64,000 nucleotides of DNA from Vicugna vicugna (taxonomy: Eukaryota): positions 1,701,524 to 1,765,523 of the forward strand of contig MU057744.1 in the NCBI GenBank assembly GCA_013265495.1, written 5' to 3'. The notes beneath the pieces are model-generated. The model saw only the letters and a program-made list of their open reading frames with translations. It searched no databases and was not told the origin of the DNA. Shown in pieces: positions 51,925 to 64,000 of this stretch (position 1 is the stretch's first letter; each line of letters opens with the position of its first letter). Both the position numbers and the translations under genes were made by a program.

Positions 51925-52237
51925 GTAAGAGAACTATTTTATGGCCAGAAATGAATTCTGGAATAACTTAAAAATTACTTTTGAAAAAAAATCATTTTTG
52001 AAAGGGGTGTCAAATTTTGGGGGAGTGTTTTCTACCTTTTAACTTCAGTCAGGTCACACTGCTTCGTGTCTGTTCATGTCATCAACGGGAGGACGAGTGG
52101 TCCCCGATCTGTGTGTGAAGGAGAGGCGTGAGTGCAGTGGGCGCTGTTGCCGTGTGTGAAATGACTGGGTCAGTGGTACCTGGAGGGGATTGTTTGTGTC
52201 TGTGGGAGTTTTACCTGAAAGCAGTTTCTCTTTTCAG

Positions 52238-52371
52238 GTCCTTGATGTCTTATGCTCTCTCTGTGTTTGCCATGGGGTAGCAGTCCGTTCTAACCAGCAT
52301 CTCATCTGTGACAATCTCCTGCCAGGAAGAGACCTGCTGTTGCAGACCCGCCTCGTGAACCATGTCAGCAG
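52238..52371 (+). CDS. RYR2: RYR2 exon 19 (134 nt): [44 protein letters not shown](S)
   Basis: Acceptor cttttcag|G, donor CAG|gtcggt; lies inside ORF 52190..52411. Confidence 0.97.
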
Positions 52372-53826
52372 GTCGGTTCAGATAGACGACATTACCAAAT
52401 TGGTAGCATAACAAACAATGCATGTTCCAGCTTTGTAGCAGAAACTTCTTACGGTCTATTTTGTTTTATTAGCATCTTTTACGTATTTCCCCAGTGAATG
52501 GTATAAGAATTTTTCTACCAAATAGATGAACAAAGCGAAATGCACATGTATTACCAAAAAATGTCTAAGAGCTCTCCTTCACATTCGTGTTTAGCTGAGT
52601 TACCACTGTCGTCTTCAGGAGCAGATTGACCGTCGTACAGGGGTACACTTGTGTAGACTTACGTTTTACACCTGCTTAGGATGTAACTGAACACACAGTA
52701 TCCTTCAGTGCCAGTGATGAAGTGCCTGGTACGTATAATAAAGGTCTTGAATTCAAATATCCACAATATAATAAATTCCACAAGTAAGCAATGAAACTGT
52801 ATTTTCAGGTAGGTCTGCCTTCCAAGGTGTCAGACATTCGTTGAGTACACGTGCCAGCCACAGTGCTCAGGGCTTGACAAGGATTCTACACTGTGTCTGC
52901 ACAGACTGTTACTGGGAGCCATACTTCACAGATTACGGTGTTGGAACTGGAAACAGAGCTCATGTCTAACTCCGAAGACGGAGCTCTTCACCATCATGTC
53001 ACAGTGTCTTCTGGGAACAAGATCATCATCAGCATAGAATGCAGCTTATGATTAAGAAAATGTTGTGTGTGATAGTGATAACTTTGATACACTGTTTGGC
53101 AGCTGTTCAGGAAATACTTCCTACTTCACTCTGTTTCAAACAAAAATGTACGGTTTGGTGTGTATTTTTATGAGGTGTTTTTTAAGCAGGATTGATTTGA
53201 CTTCCTTTGTGGTTCTTTGTATAATAGACCTGTTCTTCATGAGCTTTATTTCCTGAGACCTTCACGCATCCCTGATACTAACTCAAAGTCCCTTCATAAA
53301 ATGCAATTAAATATAACTAGCTAGAAATCCTTCTTTTCACAGCGAGTCATAGAGAACAACAAAGGTGACTGATCACCTTGGTTTTGTCACTGAGAATATG
53401 GCTTTCTTCAGCCTTATACCCTGTGGGACACAGAGTTTAGCTTAGAAGGTGCCTCTGTGTCCTTGATTGGCAATAACTGCATTGATTCTCAGGGTCTGCC
53501 CTGCCATCCTGAGTGCCTCACCTTAAACATGATTAATGTTTAAAAGAAGCTGAAGTGCAATTAAGAAAAAATAGTATCAGATCCTTGAGTGACGTCGCCA
53601 AGTAATCCAGAAAGCAGACACCACTCCCTGAACGTTGCCTGTAAGGCTGGCTGTCATGCATCCTGCCTCGGTGATCGTTTCAATAATTTATTTTACTTAA
53701 GGAAACACACATTTTACTTGTTGTGTCTTTGCAAAGCAGGACTCCTGTTCAGAATAGTACAATGTAGATTAAAATGATGAAAGACTTATTTGGACTTTCT
53801 CATATGCTCTTCCCATCTCTTTAAAG

Positions 53827-54068
53827 CATGAGGCCCAATATTTTCCTGGGTGTCAGTGAAGGGTCTGCCCAGTATAAGAAGTGGTACTATGAGTTGATGG
53901 TCGACCACACCGAGCCGTTCGTGACCGCTGAAGCCACCCATCTGCGAGTGGGCTGGGCGTCCACGGAAGGCTACTCCCCCTACCCTGGAGGGGGCGAAGA
54001 GTGGGGAGGCAATGGTGTTGGAGATGATCTCTTTTCCTATGGATTTGATGGCCTTCACCTCTGGTCAG
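53827..54068 (+). CDS. RYR2: RYR2 exon 20 (242 nt): [31 protein letters not shown]...[19 protein letters not shown]1 domain
   Basis: Acceptor ctctttaaag|C, donor CAG|gtaagt; overlaps ORF 53828..54136. Confidence 0.97.
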
Positions 54069-54578
54069 GTAAGTGTATCTGGTTTCTTTCACAGCGTTCT
54101 AGAAGGAAATCTTATGCCCTCACCTTCCAGTCCTGAAAGTGCTTGATGTTGCTTCTATCAGATACATTTGTGATTCAGAAATCTAACACTGACATGAGTG
54201 AGAGGGTGGAGTAAAAAGCAGAATTTCACTAGGGGAGAAAGAAACCTCATACAATTATAGTACATTTCCAAAAGACTTGATTTTGATTGCCGATGAGCGG
54301 TATGTTTCAGAAGTAGTGTTCTGATCCGTGAATCAACCGGAAAAACATAAGCATTTACTACTTACTTTAATTCACATGTACAAAGCTTAACTTCTGATAT
54401 AAAAAGGAACCAAAAGCAAATACTGGAAAATAATTGGAATGAATAGACTTAGTTCCACCTCCTGGTAGATAGTATAATGTCAGGAATTGGTGATTTGTAA
54501 AGTGTGTTGTGAGGAGTCAGTTCGTAATCAGATGGTGCTTTGATTCACAGGCATGAAACTGTCTGAAAATAAGTGTAT

Positions 54579-54669
54579 GGGGGGGAAGGTGGAGCTCAGA
54601 GGTAGAGCTCATGCTTAGCATGCACGAGGTCCTGGGCTTAATTCCCAGTCCCTCCATTAAAAAAAAAAA
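54579..54669 (+). mobile_element. tRNA-derived SINE (Vic-1-like, short-tailed form)
   Basis: gggggggaaggtggagctcagaggtagagctcatgcttagcatgcacgaggtcctgggcttaattcccag plus poly(A); tgtatgg on both sides is a TSD remnant. Confidence 0.85.
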
Positions 54670-57054
54670 TGTATGGTTCATTTCACTAGCTACCAGCACT
54701 AAGCCTTGATGGTTGAGCATACATTTAAAATGAGTAATATATAAAAATAAAAATAATACTCTCTTTTCTGATTTATTAAAAGGTGTGTTTTGATTGACTC
54801 TATTTTAAAGTGTGGCTGTTGATTATGTAGATACCGAAATTCATCTGGATTCTGCAGACATGTGCTCTATTCATAGAGCTGCATTAGAATGAAACTGACA
54901 TTTATAACACATTTATGACACATTTAGCATATAGAAAATACAGAGAGGTTCCTTGCATTACAGAAAGCTGAACCTTGCCTATTATGGGCAAATCAGGTGA
55001 CATTCATTTATTATTGCTTTATAGGTCTTATAAATTATGAAAAGAAATTTTAAAACTAAACTTAATTAAACCTAAGAGTTTGAGCTACTAAGTTTATAAA
55101 TAAAAGCACTCCAGGTAGTTGTATCTAACAGTAATACCTACTAAATTTTCCTTTATTCAGTGCCAGTAGCTCAGTAGCAGGTACATTTTGGATATCTCAT
55201 GTCGCCTGTGGGGCACTGGTTGGAGCTCAGGTCTTAGGGTGACATGTTTTACACACAGGTGTGCTGTGCTGGTCACGGGAGAGTCACAGTGTCTGTTCCA
55301 AAATTTTCTTACTAACCAACAAAGGCAAAGAGCCCTAACTTCAGAAGTCCTGACCAACGAGAAGTAGGGTTAATGTCTGTTTTTTCTCATGATGCATTTT
55401 AACTGTTATCCTCTCTCTCTACTTTTGAGTATCACCCCACACAAAATGGAGTGAATGAATGAGGTATGTTCACTTGTTTTCCCCTTATGGAGAGATTAGG
55501 GGGAAAAGAAAACAAAACAAAACATTACTCTGATAAAACAGTGCTGATTGCTTCTAATTGTTTTAGCCACATAGCACTGCGTCACCATTCTCATTTTAAC
55601 ATTTAGTTTGAAACTTTTTACATCAACACAGAGAAAGAGCCCAGGGCTTATGGAGTGGAACTGTATGCAATATGCCTTTCATGACGGGGGATCTGTTAGT
55701 AGAACAATGAGAACAACAAAACTGTTTGGTGAATCTGTGCACTTACCACAGAAAGGAGAATTGGATGGGGAGTTTCAGGAGAAAGTCATCTTGAAACTTT
55801 GTATCAGGAGAAAATGTCTGTTTTTTCAAATGGCAAGGAAATATACACACTCTCATGCCTGTAGCTAAAAGCTGTGTTCTCTCCAGCCAGTGGGATCTCT
55901 TGCAGATTTTAGATTCTTGATCAATAAAGACACATCTAAATTAATTGGCTTTCGACTGGCTGACCATGGTTGGATTAATTGGAATTTGCACAATCTTCTT
56001 GGGTTCATTCTCCTATTCTTTTTAATAGTTGAAATAGAATTTAAAATACCAGATATCTGTGATTTCTGGGCTAGGGCACATTCTCTGCCATTTAACTCTT
56101 TGTGATTGGAGAGCAGGCATGTTCCAGAGGGACCAGCATTGGTCTCATCAGCAAACATTTTGAGCTCTTCTTCATTTATTCTTCCCAACTTCGGCTCTGC
56201 CCAGTGTTGCTTTGTTTCTCCTCTGTGAATGAGAATTGAATTTGGGGCATCCACATGCCATGTTTGTAAGGGCCCAAAAGTGTGAAAAATCTTTTTTAAA
56301 AACATTTTTATCAGCTACAGATCTTGTAACAAACAAGGATATAGACCTTTATCTGTGAGTTATATTGCTTTTGCATGATTTTTTGGTATTTTTTTTTTAA
56401 ACAAGCTGCCCTTATTATATTCAGGGAATTCTCGAAGAATCACTTGATAATGAATTTATTACTTGCAGATTTGAATATTGATAAAATAAAAAGTGTACAC
56501 ATTTTAAAAAGTGGCTGTGCTCCACTATTGGTATTTCAGATATGCTATTGATGAAAATCTTGGCATACTAGAAATTTTTTAAAGGTGCTATAAAAATGCA
56601 AAGCCTGTGTAATCAAATCTATTTTTGTCCAGCTCAAACTGAGAAATTTTGTATGTTTGCATTTGTGGGCATGTATGTTTGGGAGAACCTTACTTTCTGG
56701 TCTTCCAGTGTGCCCGTGGAACTAACCAGGACAGGAGTTCTGACATAGCCAAGCATGGGTGTAGGTCACAGGTATGACAGGACAAGATACGACATTTATC
56801 AGGTATCATTTTCATGCCTCGCTGGTGTCCTGCTGTGTCCTACTTAAGAAGCCAACCAAGATCCTGTGTGAAAGAAATCATAAAATAACAAATCAGTTGA
56901 CATGTGTGGTCTCTCAATAAATAATGTGCAAATGATCACATTTTCTGCTTTCATTATCTTTTTACATTTGTATTTTATAGAGTAAAGGGGATTGAATCTT
57001 TAGAAAAGGGTCTGAGATAAATACCTGCTGTGTCTGATTCTCTTCTTTTAAACT

Positions 57055-57190
57055 GTTAATTTAATCATTGTAACAGCCTACAAGGTGTTGGCATTTGGTT
57101 TACAAGAAATCAAGGTTTATAGAGGTCAAGTAATTTGCTGATGGTCATACAAGTAGTGGGTGATAAAGTTACCATTTGGCTTCAAGTCCT
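57055..57190 (-). mobile_element. MIR fragment
   Basis: tttaatcattgtaacagcctacaagg...agaggtcaagtaatttgctgatggtcatacaagtagtgggtg. Confidence 0.6.
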
Positions 57191-57489
57191 TCCTAGGGAC
57201 TTCCCCTGACATCATTATATTATCCTCAGCTCTAAAGTGGTATCTTCTTCAACCAGCATCCTCCTGCCTGCACAGATCTCTGCACATCAGAGGTTCATTT
57301 CACAACAAAGATCGCAGCGTGGCTTCTGGAAAAAGCAACACTGTTGACAAAGGATGTAACATGAACCGTTACTATGCATTCAGGATTTATTCTGGTCCAG
57401 TCACTACCTATTCAGATCTGGGACTTTGGCTCTGAAGGTGATTCTCTGAGCTAAGAACGCATGACCCTCCGTAATGTCTCTCTCCGTAG

Positions 57490-57682
57490 GGTGTATTGCT
57501 CGCACTGTCAGCTCACCAAACCAGCATCTGCTGAGAACTGAGGACGTCATCAGTTGCTGTTTAGATCTAAGTGCCCCAAGCATCTCATTTCGAATTAACG
57601 GACAGCCTGTTCAAGGAATGTTTGAGAATTTCAACATTGATGGACTCTTCTTTCCAGTTGTCAGTTTCTCTGCAGGAATAAA
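57490..57682 (+). CDS. RYR2: RYR2 exon 21 (193 nt): (G)[63 protein letters not shown](K)
   Basis: Acceptor ctccgtag|G, donor TAA|gttagt; lies inside ORF 57474..57827. Confidence 0.96.
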
Positions 57683-58745
57683 GTTAGTATTTCTGTATTT
57701 TTGGTCTGTTTGCCTTCTCACGTCTCGTGCGTTCACAGCGGACTCGGCACTGCCACCACCCCTGCTCCACCCACCTCCTGTCTCACTCCTGGGCATCTGT
57801 CAGCTGGGCATTTTGTCTGTTCCTTGAAGGATGGAGGTGAGGGTCACCCAAGAGGGGACTCTCAGGAGGCTGAATGCTTTGTCCACGTATCCAGCCATTT
57901 GCACGTAGTCAGTCAATTAACTCTCCCTGTGTCCAGTGTCCTGACATATTCCAAGTCCATATAAGTTCACTTTTTTGTTTAATCAGGATAATTCAGCAAG
58001 GTTGTATCAAAGAACCAGTTATTTTCTCATGTTTATTTTCATTAATTTTTCTTTTCTCTTCATGGTATTCTGCCACCCTACTCCAGACCCCCTCATTTCT
58101 ACAGAAACTACATGTTTTTTGGCTTCTTCCCATGTCACCGTCTGCCTGTTCCACTTATAACTCGGCTCTGGTTCTCAGCCGAGCCAGCATGGTTTCTTCT
58201 AACACTTCACTTTTTTTGCCACTACCAGGTGGAAAGAGAAATTAAAATAACAATTCAGCAGATGGAAGTATTATTCGAGTCCCCTTTAAGGGATTTCACT
58301 GGGAAACTGGACACCGGAAAGTGACTGTTTTTTGTTTTTGTTTTTGTTTTAATCAAATCTCATCCAGCTCCGTACTTTTAAGTTCATAGATATTTAGATT
58401 ATGTCTGTTCTTTCTCTGTTGATTATTTGGGCACCTCAGGACATTAAATGACCAAACACTGCAGACAGATATTTCGTTCCCATAGGAATATGATGCATGT
58501 GCTTTTGTTGTTTCTCCAGAGAGTGATAAGTTTTTGCTGAGCCATTAACATAATTTAATCAGGTTTTACTTTTATGATTAGAGGCTTGTAAAACTAAAGT
58601 ACTGACAATAATGTTACTTAGGCAAAAAAAATGGGGCATCAGGTAACGTTAATTTTGTATTAGTAATTTACTCCTTATATTTTGTTGATTATGAAACTTT
58701 CTGTACACCAGAGATATAACCACCCCCAACATGCATTTTTTTTAG

Positions 58746-58962
58746 GGTACGCTTCCTGCTTGGGGGGAGACATGGAGAATTTAAATTTCTCCCCCCACCT
58801 GGCTACGCTCCGTGTTATGAAGCTGTTCTGCCAAAAGAAAAGTTGAAAGTGGAACACAGCCGAGAGTATAAGCAAGAGAGAACTTACACACGGGACCTGT
58901 TGGGCCCCACGGTCTCCCTGACACAAGCCGCCTTCACCCCGATCCCTGTGGATACCAGCCAG
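58746..58962 (+). CDS. RYR2: RYR2 exon 22 (217 nt): [72 protein letters not shown]
   Basis: Acceptor ttttttag|G, donor CAG|gtaccc. Translated by hand because this frame is not in the ORF track; phases match both neighbours. Confidence 0.96.
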
Positions 58963-60572
58963 GTACCCAGATCAGCCGGGGCGGCAGCAGCCGCGTTGCG
59001 TTCCTCCTGAGACGCGGGGCTGCAGGCTGTTGGCCGAAACCCGCAGGGATGCATTTCGCAGTAACGCACTTTACAAGTGAGACACGTTTCATAAAATAAT
59101 GCTCACCTTTACCACATCTACTTACCCACCTTCTAGTCTATAGTTTCAGGCCACTAAATTGATTTTATAACATCTAATGGGCCACAGCCTGAGGTGATGC
59201 GTACTAATTTCAGAGTGTTTTTTACACGGGGTAGTGGTGGAGTTTTCAGTTTCTTCTCCCATCTGGATACACTTAGTGTGCTGAAGTGACTTCGCTGACT
59301 TTTTATCTTGGGAGAGGTTGAGATCATGGGCTCCAGACCAGATGTCTGCTGTGGGACCTGAGAGAATTACTCATTACGTTGCCTGGGGTTGACGCGGTCA
59401 GTGAATAGCACACCGGCACAGTGCTTCGCAAATTGGCACCCATGCAACGTTAGCCATTATTCTTGCTTTTCTCTTTTGTAGACTTGGAGGTAGCCGTAAC
59501 ATTGACAGTGAACTCAGTATTGGTTTATTTTGGTGGTGAAGTAACTGTAGTCAGGTTGGTTAGATATTCATAGTGTGTCCATTCGTTTTTGAAGATCAAA
59601 GGCATTGCTTCCAAAGTCTGAAGTAGAATTAATACTGGGCCTCAGAAGCCTCAGTTCTTAAGTTCCTTGAGTCATATTTCTGGTCTCTCCATGCTGGCTG
59701 TTTATAGTATGAAGTAAAACAAGCAGATGAGCTTTCTTGGTGGCTGAAATTCAGTTTGTGTTGTTGGTTGGTGGGACGTGGCAGGATGGGTGTGGTGCCA
59801 CCACGGTTGAGCGGTGAATGCGACTGGAGGACAGGAACGGGCTGGGTGGGCAGTGGGGCTCTGCAGCATCACTAGCACATTTAGGGTTCCAGAGACCTGG
59901 ATGACCTCTGCTGTCTGGAGGGCAGGGGGCAGTGCTGGCCTGCTCCGGTGGAAGCCCTGCCGTCCGAGGGCATCGTGGGCAGTTGTGGGCTCTCCGTGGG
60001 GAGGACTCGTTGTGGGAGGCATCCCAGATGTGCACAACCAACCGCTCACCTCGAAATCCGCTTTGTGTTCTCTATGAGGAGAACATGTGCAGATTCCCCC
60101 AGCCCCCGAGGCTTGTATTTGGAAACCACCAAAGTGACACAGCTAAGGGAAAACGCTAAGCACTGCCGTCAGGTATTTATAGTCTCAGAGAGCTGGCGGC
60201 TTACCTCTGGGCACTGAGCCGCCTGTGCTCTGGCTGTGGATGCTGGCCGGGCTGGCTCAGGAACGTGGGGGTGAGTTCTCTAGTGAATGGTGTGTGCTCA
60301 CCCGTTTGACCTCTTTCTTCAGGAAAGAGCGCTGTCCTGTTTCCTTGCTCTCTGACTTTTGCTCGTAAATGCCCCGAATTTACCTAACAAATATTTCCGT
60401 ACCCAGCTATCCAAGTTGAGAGTAGATGGTTTGGAGCCTAGTTACACAATTACATTTTAATGGTTGATGAGATGGTTTTATTTTGTTCAATTCACAGTGA
60501 GGACAGTTAGCACCCTGTTTTATTACATTTGTTTCTCATGTGTTTTCTTTCTCTCTCTTTTTTAAATTTTAG

Positions 60573-60677
60573 ATCGTGTTGCCTCCCCATCTAGAGAGGA
60601 TAAGAGAAAAACTGGCGGAGAATATCCACGAACTCTGGGTCATGAATAAGATTGAACTCGGTTGGCAGTATGGCCCG
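60573..60677 (+). CDS. RYR2: RYR2 exon 23 (105 nt, phase 0-0): [35 protein letters not shown], start of RyR repeat 1
   Basis: Acceptor aattttag|A, donor CCG|gtacat; overlaps ORF 60576..60836. Confidence 0.97.
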
Positions 60678-63449
60678 GTACATAATTGTATAACTTATTT
60701 TCAGATTCTGTTAATGCATCTTTCTGAAAACATACCTTTTTCCCCCTCATCATGCTGTGTGGTGACAGGAATGGGTCGGGTTGATTTTTCCCTACACATT
60801 AGTGCTCGTGCGGTTCTTCTCTACAAGAGGGAATGACATTGGTGGGTTCACTGAAGGATGGCTTCGTGGCCTAGACAATTGAAAAGCTATCGCTCTTCAG
60901 GCTGAAAGTTACATTTTAAAATCAAGGTTCCCATATAGAGACAATAGGCATTGGCTTCTAAGGCACTTGGGAAAAAAGTCTTTGAAATTGAAAGTGAAAA
61001 CTGAAAATGGGAAGAAGTCAGTATGCTTCCCCCACTGCCATTTCCCTTCTCTCAGTTCCGGTCGTGCGGAGCGGTGTCCGTCCTCCGGGCAGAGGCTCGT
61101 GGTTGGCCTCCTCAGTGGAAGGTCGGCTGAGGAATGATGATTGTGTGTATTTCCAAGTGACTGTATTTTAGAGAACTTAGTTTACAGTTTCTCACTAGAA
61201 TTTAGATGACCGAAAACCAAGATGATTTCCCATGTAATCACATTGTATCATACCTTTTTTTAGCAGGACTGTGGCAATGCTTTCAGTTTTTAAAAATGTT
61301 TTTAGTCTATGTATCCCAAAGGTTGTAACACTTTCTTATATTTGACTGTATGTAGAAGTGAGAGTATTCACCCCAGTCATAGTTTACTGCATTGAGCTTT
61401 GAATAACGACATTTATTACTAGTGTTAGTGGTAATGTCCTATGATACTTTATGCTAATTAGTGTATCACTACGTTTATTGAGAGCTTTGCCTTTTACATG
61501 TACCCTCACTCACAGGCATAGGTTAACTGTTCACAACAGCACGCTGGGCTGTGTTATTATTGCAGTTTTACCAGTGATGACAGGGCTGAGGGTCCTCAGC
61601 TGTGAGATGCCTGGGCTGCTGGTCTGTAACTGTGCAGGGCTGGGGCCAGGCTTTCTAGCGTCTAGTCTAGACCCGATTCTCACTGTAAGACTTGCTGATG
61701 CCTCATCAGAGAGTGGGATCCTGTCATTATCTCAGTAATGGTTGGACAGAGTCAAATCAGCAAATACCTATGAAGTACCCAGTTTTGTGCTACATTCATT
61801 GACTTTCAGAAATCAAGGAAATGAAGAAATGCTAAATACAAGATTGAACCATCAGTTAAAGTCAGTAAGAGGAGAGATGTTATAAGGGGAGGAGTGACAG
61901 AAAACATTTACTCATTCAAGGTGAGGGAAAGATGATGGGCAGGATTCACCATACATTTCAAGATGAGAGGAAGGGTGACGGCAGGCTAGGAAGATTTAAA
62001 AAGCTCTCACACAAGCAAAAGCCCTTCAGAAACCCCGTATAGTAACAGGAGCTGTCTGGTGGGATTGCACGCAGGAAGGTGGTCCCTCTTGCCAGCGTCT
62101 AAGGTTGCCTCAGTGATTACGTTCCACGGTGAACTCTTAGTTATGCTGCTGCTTTTACAGGGAGGGAGATAGGAGGTCTCGTTATTATCTGTTCTCCCAG
62201 TAAAATTCAGTTCATCTCAATACCAGACCTGCTGTGTTCAAAGCACCCTCGAGTTTCCAGGCACTGCGAGTGTGGTGCCTCAGAGCCATCCTCCCCACAG
62301 TTGCTGCTGGTTGTCCTTCGCCTGCTCCGAGGCTGAGAGTGAAGCAACACTGGGCTTTGTGTGCCTTAAGGGTGTCGAGATGCTGACAGTGAAGGAGGAA
62401 TGTTTACCTCTGTCCTGGTAAAATCAGAGGCGGCTTCCAGGAGGTGGTAAATATTTGATCTGAGCTCTGCGGTTAGTGTGGAAGAGCAGTGAGCCTGGGG
62501 ACAGAAAAAGGGTCAGGGAGAGGACTCAGGTGGCCCAGGTGAGCTTCCCCACGGTGTGCGACCGTGGGGATGGAGAGATGGGACTGCAGGAGATGTTTGA
62601 AGCTTAAGTATGGGATTTGGTGAGAGAGGGAAGGAAACCTGGACAGATTTCTGGCTTTAGCTTGGACACCCACGCTGGAGGGTGTGGTGTCAGTTACTCT
62701 CGGGTTTAGAGAATACGGGGGGAGGGACAGTTACATGAATGCAGAGTGAGTGACCTCAGGGCTTGGACACAGTCATGTTTACTTTTATGTTTAGAATCAG
62801 GGTTAAGTTTTATAACCCTAGATTTCATTTCCAAAGTTAGGCACTCAGATAAGGAAAAAACAACTATAAGCTTTTACGTAAGTCCTGTTTGTTTGTAATG
62901 ATCACCAAAAAAAGAAAAATAGATACCTTGTTTTTAACTTGGTTACTCCTGAAGACTTGAAAAAAATCTTGCGGGTGTTTGCACACTTTTCGTGTGGCAT
63001 TTATAAAACCTGGTAATTATCCCTATGGGGTGATTTGTTCCCTGACAGCGTGTGACTGCCTTCCAGGTGCCAGCCTGGCAGCACTGCCAGTGCACTTCAG
63101 GTCTCCAAGAAGGTAGAAAGCTAATCACTAGTGCAGGGGTGTGGAGCATCCTTCTTATTAATTCATTCCTAAAAATCTTGAATTCAGTTTATTCTGATCG
63201 CTGATACGCATTTTCAAGGACGAATATGAAAAAATGCCTGTCTCATGTTAACTGACTTCGTTAAGGCAGTGGAGTGATTTGTGAGAGCAGGAAGTCATGT
63301 CCAGTGGGTGAGATGAACAGCTGGAACCACCTCAAAGAGTTTCTGCCAGTCTGTTCTGATGCCAGTTGAGGTCTCCAATGTGTTTGGCTCTAAACACATA
63401 TAAATTACTACATGTCAAAACTAAGTCATTCCTACACCTTCTTACCTAG

Positions 63450-63650
63450 AATTCATTTCAGTTTGCAAAGCATTGGTCGTGCGGCTGCCACGTGCCAGGT
63501 ATGTTCTAGGTGCTGGGGGCACATCATCAAAGAGCAGAAGAAGCCAGTGCCTGTCCCCTTGGTCTTACATTCTGTGTGGCCACATTGGGCAGGTGGACAG
63601 GATGAGCCTTGTTGAGAAAGTAAGGTTTAAGCCAGTGCCGGAAGTTGCTG
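63450..63650 (-). mobile_element. L2 3' fragment
   Basis: cacgtgccaggtatgttctaggtgctgggg...cctgtccccttggtcttacattct...gcctTgttgagaaagtaaggtttaagc. Confidence 0.6.
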
Positions 63651-63908
63651 AGAGAGTGAGCGTGTGGGGTTCGGGTGGGGCCGGCTCGGAGCTGGGGCCG
63701 GAGCCGCGCGAATCCTGGAAGACAGCAGGGAGCCCGGGTAGCCCCAGGTCTCAGCACGACCTCAAGCATGAGCTGTGCGGGAGACGAGACGCAGCTCCGC
63801 TGGGCTGATGGTCTGGGTGTCCCTTCGCTTTCCTCCGTGCGGCTGGATCACCACTGCTGGTGTCTGACCTTGGAAGCTCTTACGTGCCGATTTCCTGTCC
63901 TGTTTTAG

Positions 63909-64000
63909 GTTAGAGACGACAATAAGAGACAGCACCCGTGTCTGGTGGAGTTCTCCAGGCTGCCTGAACAGGAACGCAATTACAATTTACAGATGTCACT
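63909..64000 (+). CDS. RYR2: RYR2 exon 24, truncated by the window end: [30 protein letters not shown]
   Basis: Acceptor ctgttttag|G; frame stays open to the last base and continues the RyR repeat motif GWQYGP-VRDD..HPCLV. Confidence 0.96.

Larger units (their letters stand above)
1..64000 (+). other. RYR2: Internal segment of the ryanodine receptor 2 gene (intron 10 to exon 24 by recalled human numbering); gene start and end lie outside the window
   Basis: 14 exons splice with consistent phases into one stop-free frame matching the RyR2 N-terminal/SPRY1/repeat region. Motifs such as [40 protein letters not shown] and [19 protein letters not shown] are RYR2-type rather than RYR1/RYR3. Confidence 0.98.

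Noticed and set aside
63909..63913. Alternative acceptor GTTAG 5 nt into exon 24
   Set aside because: It would shift the frame; the first AG gives the conserved VRDD sequence.

Overview
This is mammalian genomic DNA lying entirely inside one large plus-strand gene, the cardiac ryanodine receptor RYR2. Fourteen coding exons can be read directly: 13 complete and one cut by the window end, 2037 coding nt in total. All have AG/GT boundaries and phase-compatible junctions. They splice into one open frame running from [37 protein letters not shown] to [23 protein letters not shown]. By recalled human numbering these are exons 11-24, about residues 258-937, covering N-terminal MIR/RIH domains, SPRY1 and the start of RyR repeat 1-2. 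The introns hold ordinary eutherian repeats (L1, L2, MIR, hAT-Charlie, Tigger, ERV1 and MaLR LTRs, microsatellites). They also hold three tRNA-derived SINEs resembling camelid Vic-1, which suggests a camel, alpaca or llama genome. I found no new gene or prokaryote-type system, and nearly all listed ORFs are spurious or exon read-throughs. The findings are modest, testable hypotheses: an inverted-SINE-flanked exon block that would circularise without a stop codon, a candidate poison exon, weak splice donors, a possibly lineage-specific HINSG motif, and a young SINE insertion. Repeat family names, exon numbers and cross-species residue comparisons come from memory, not from database searches.
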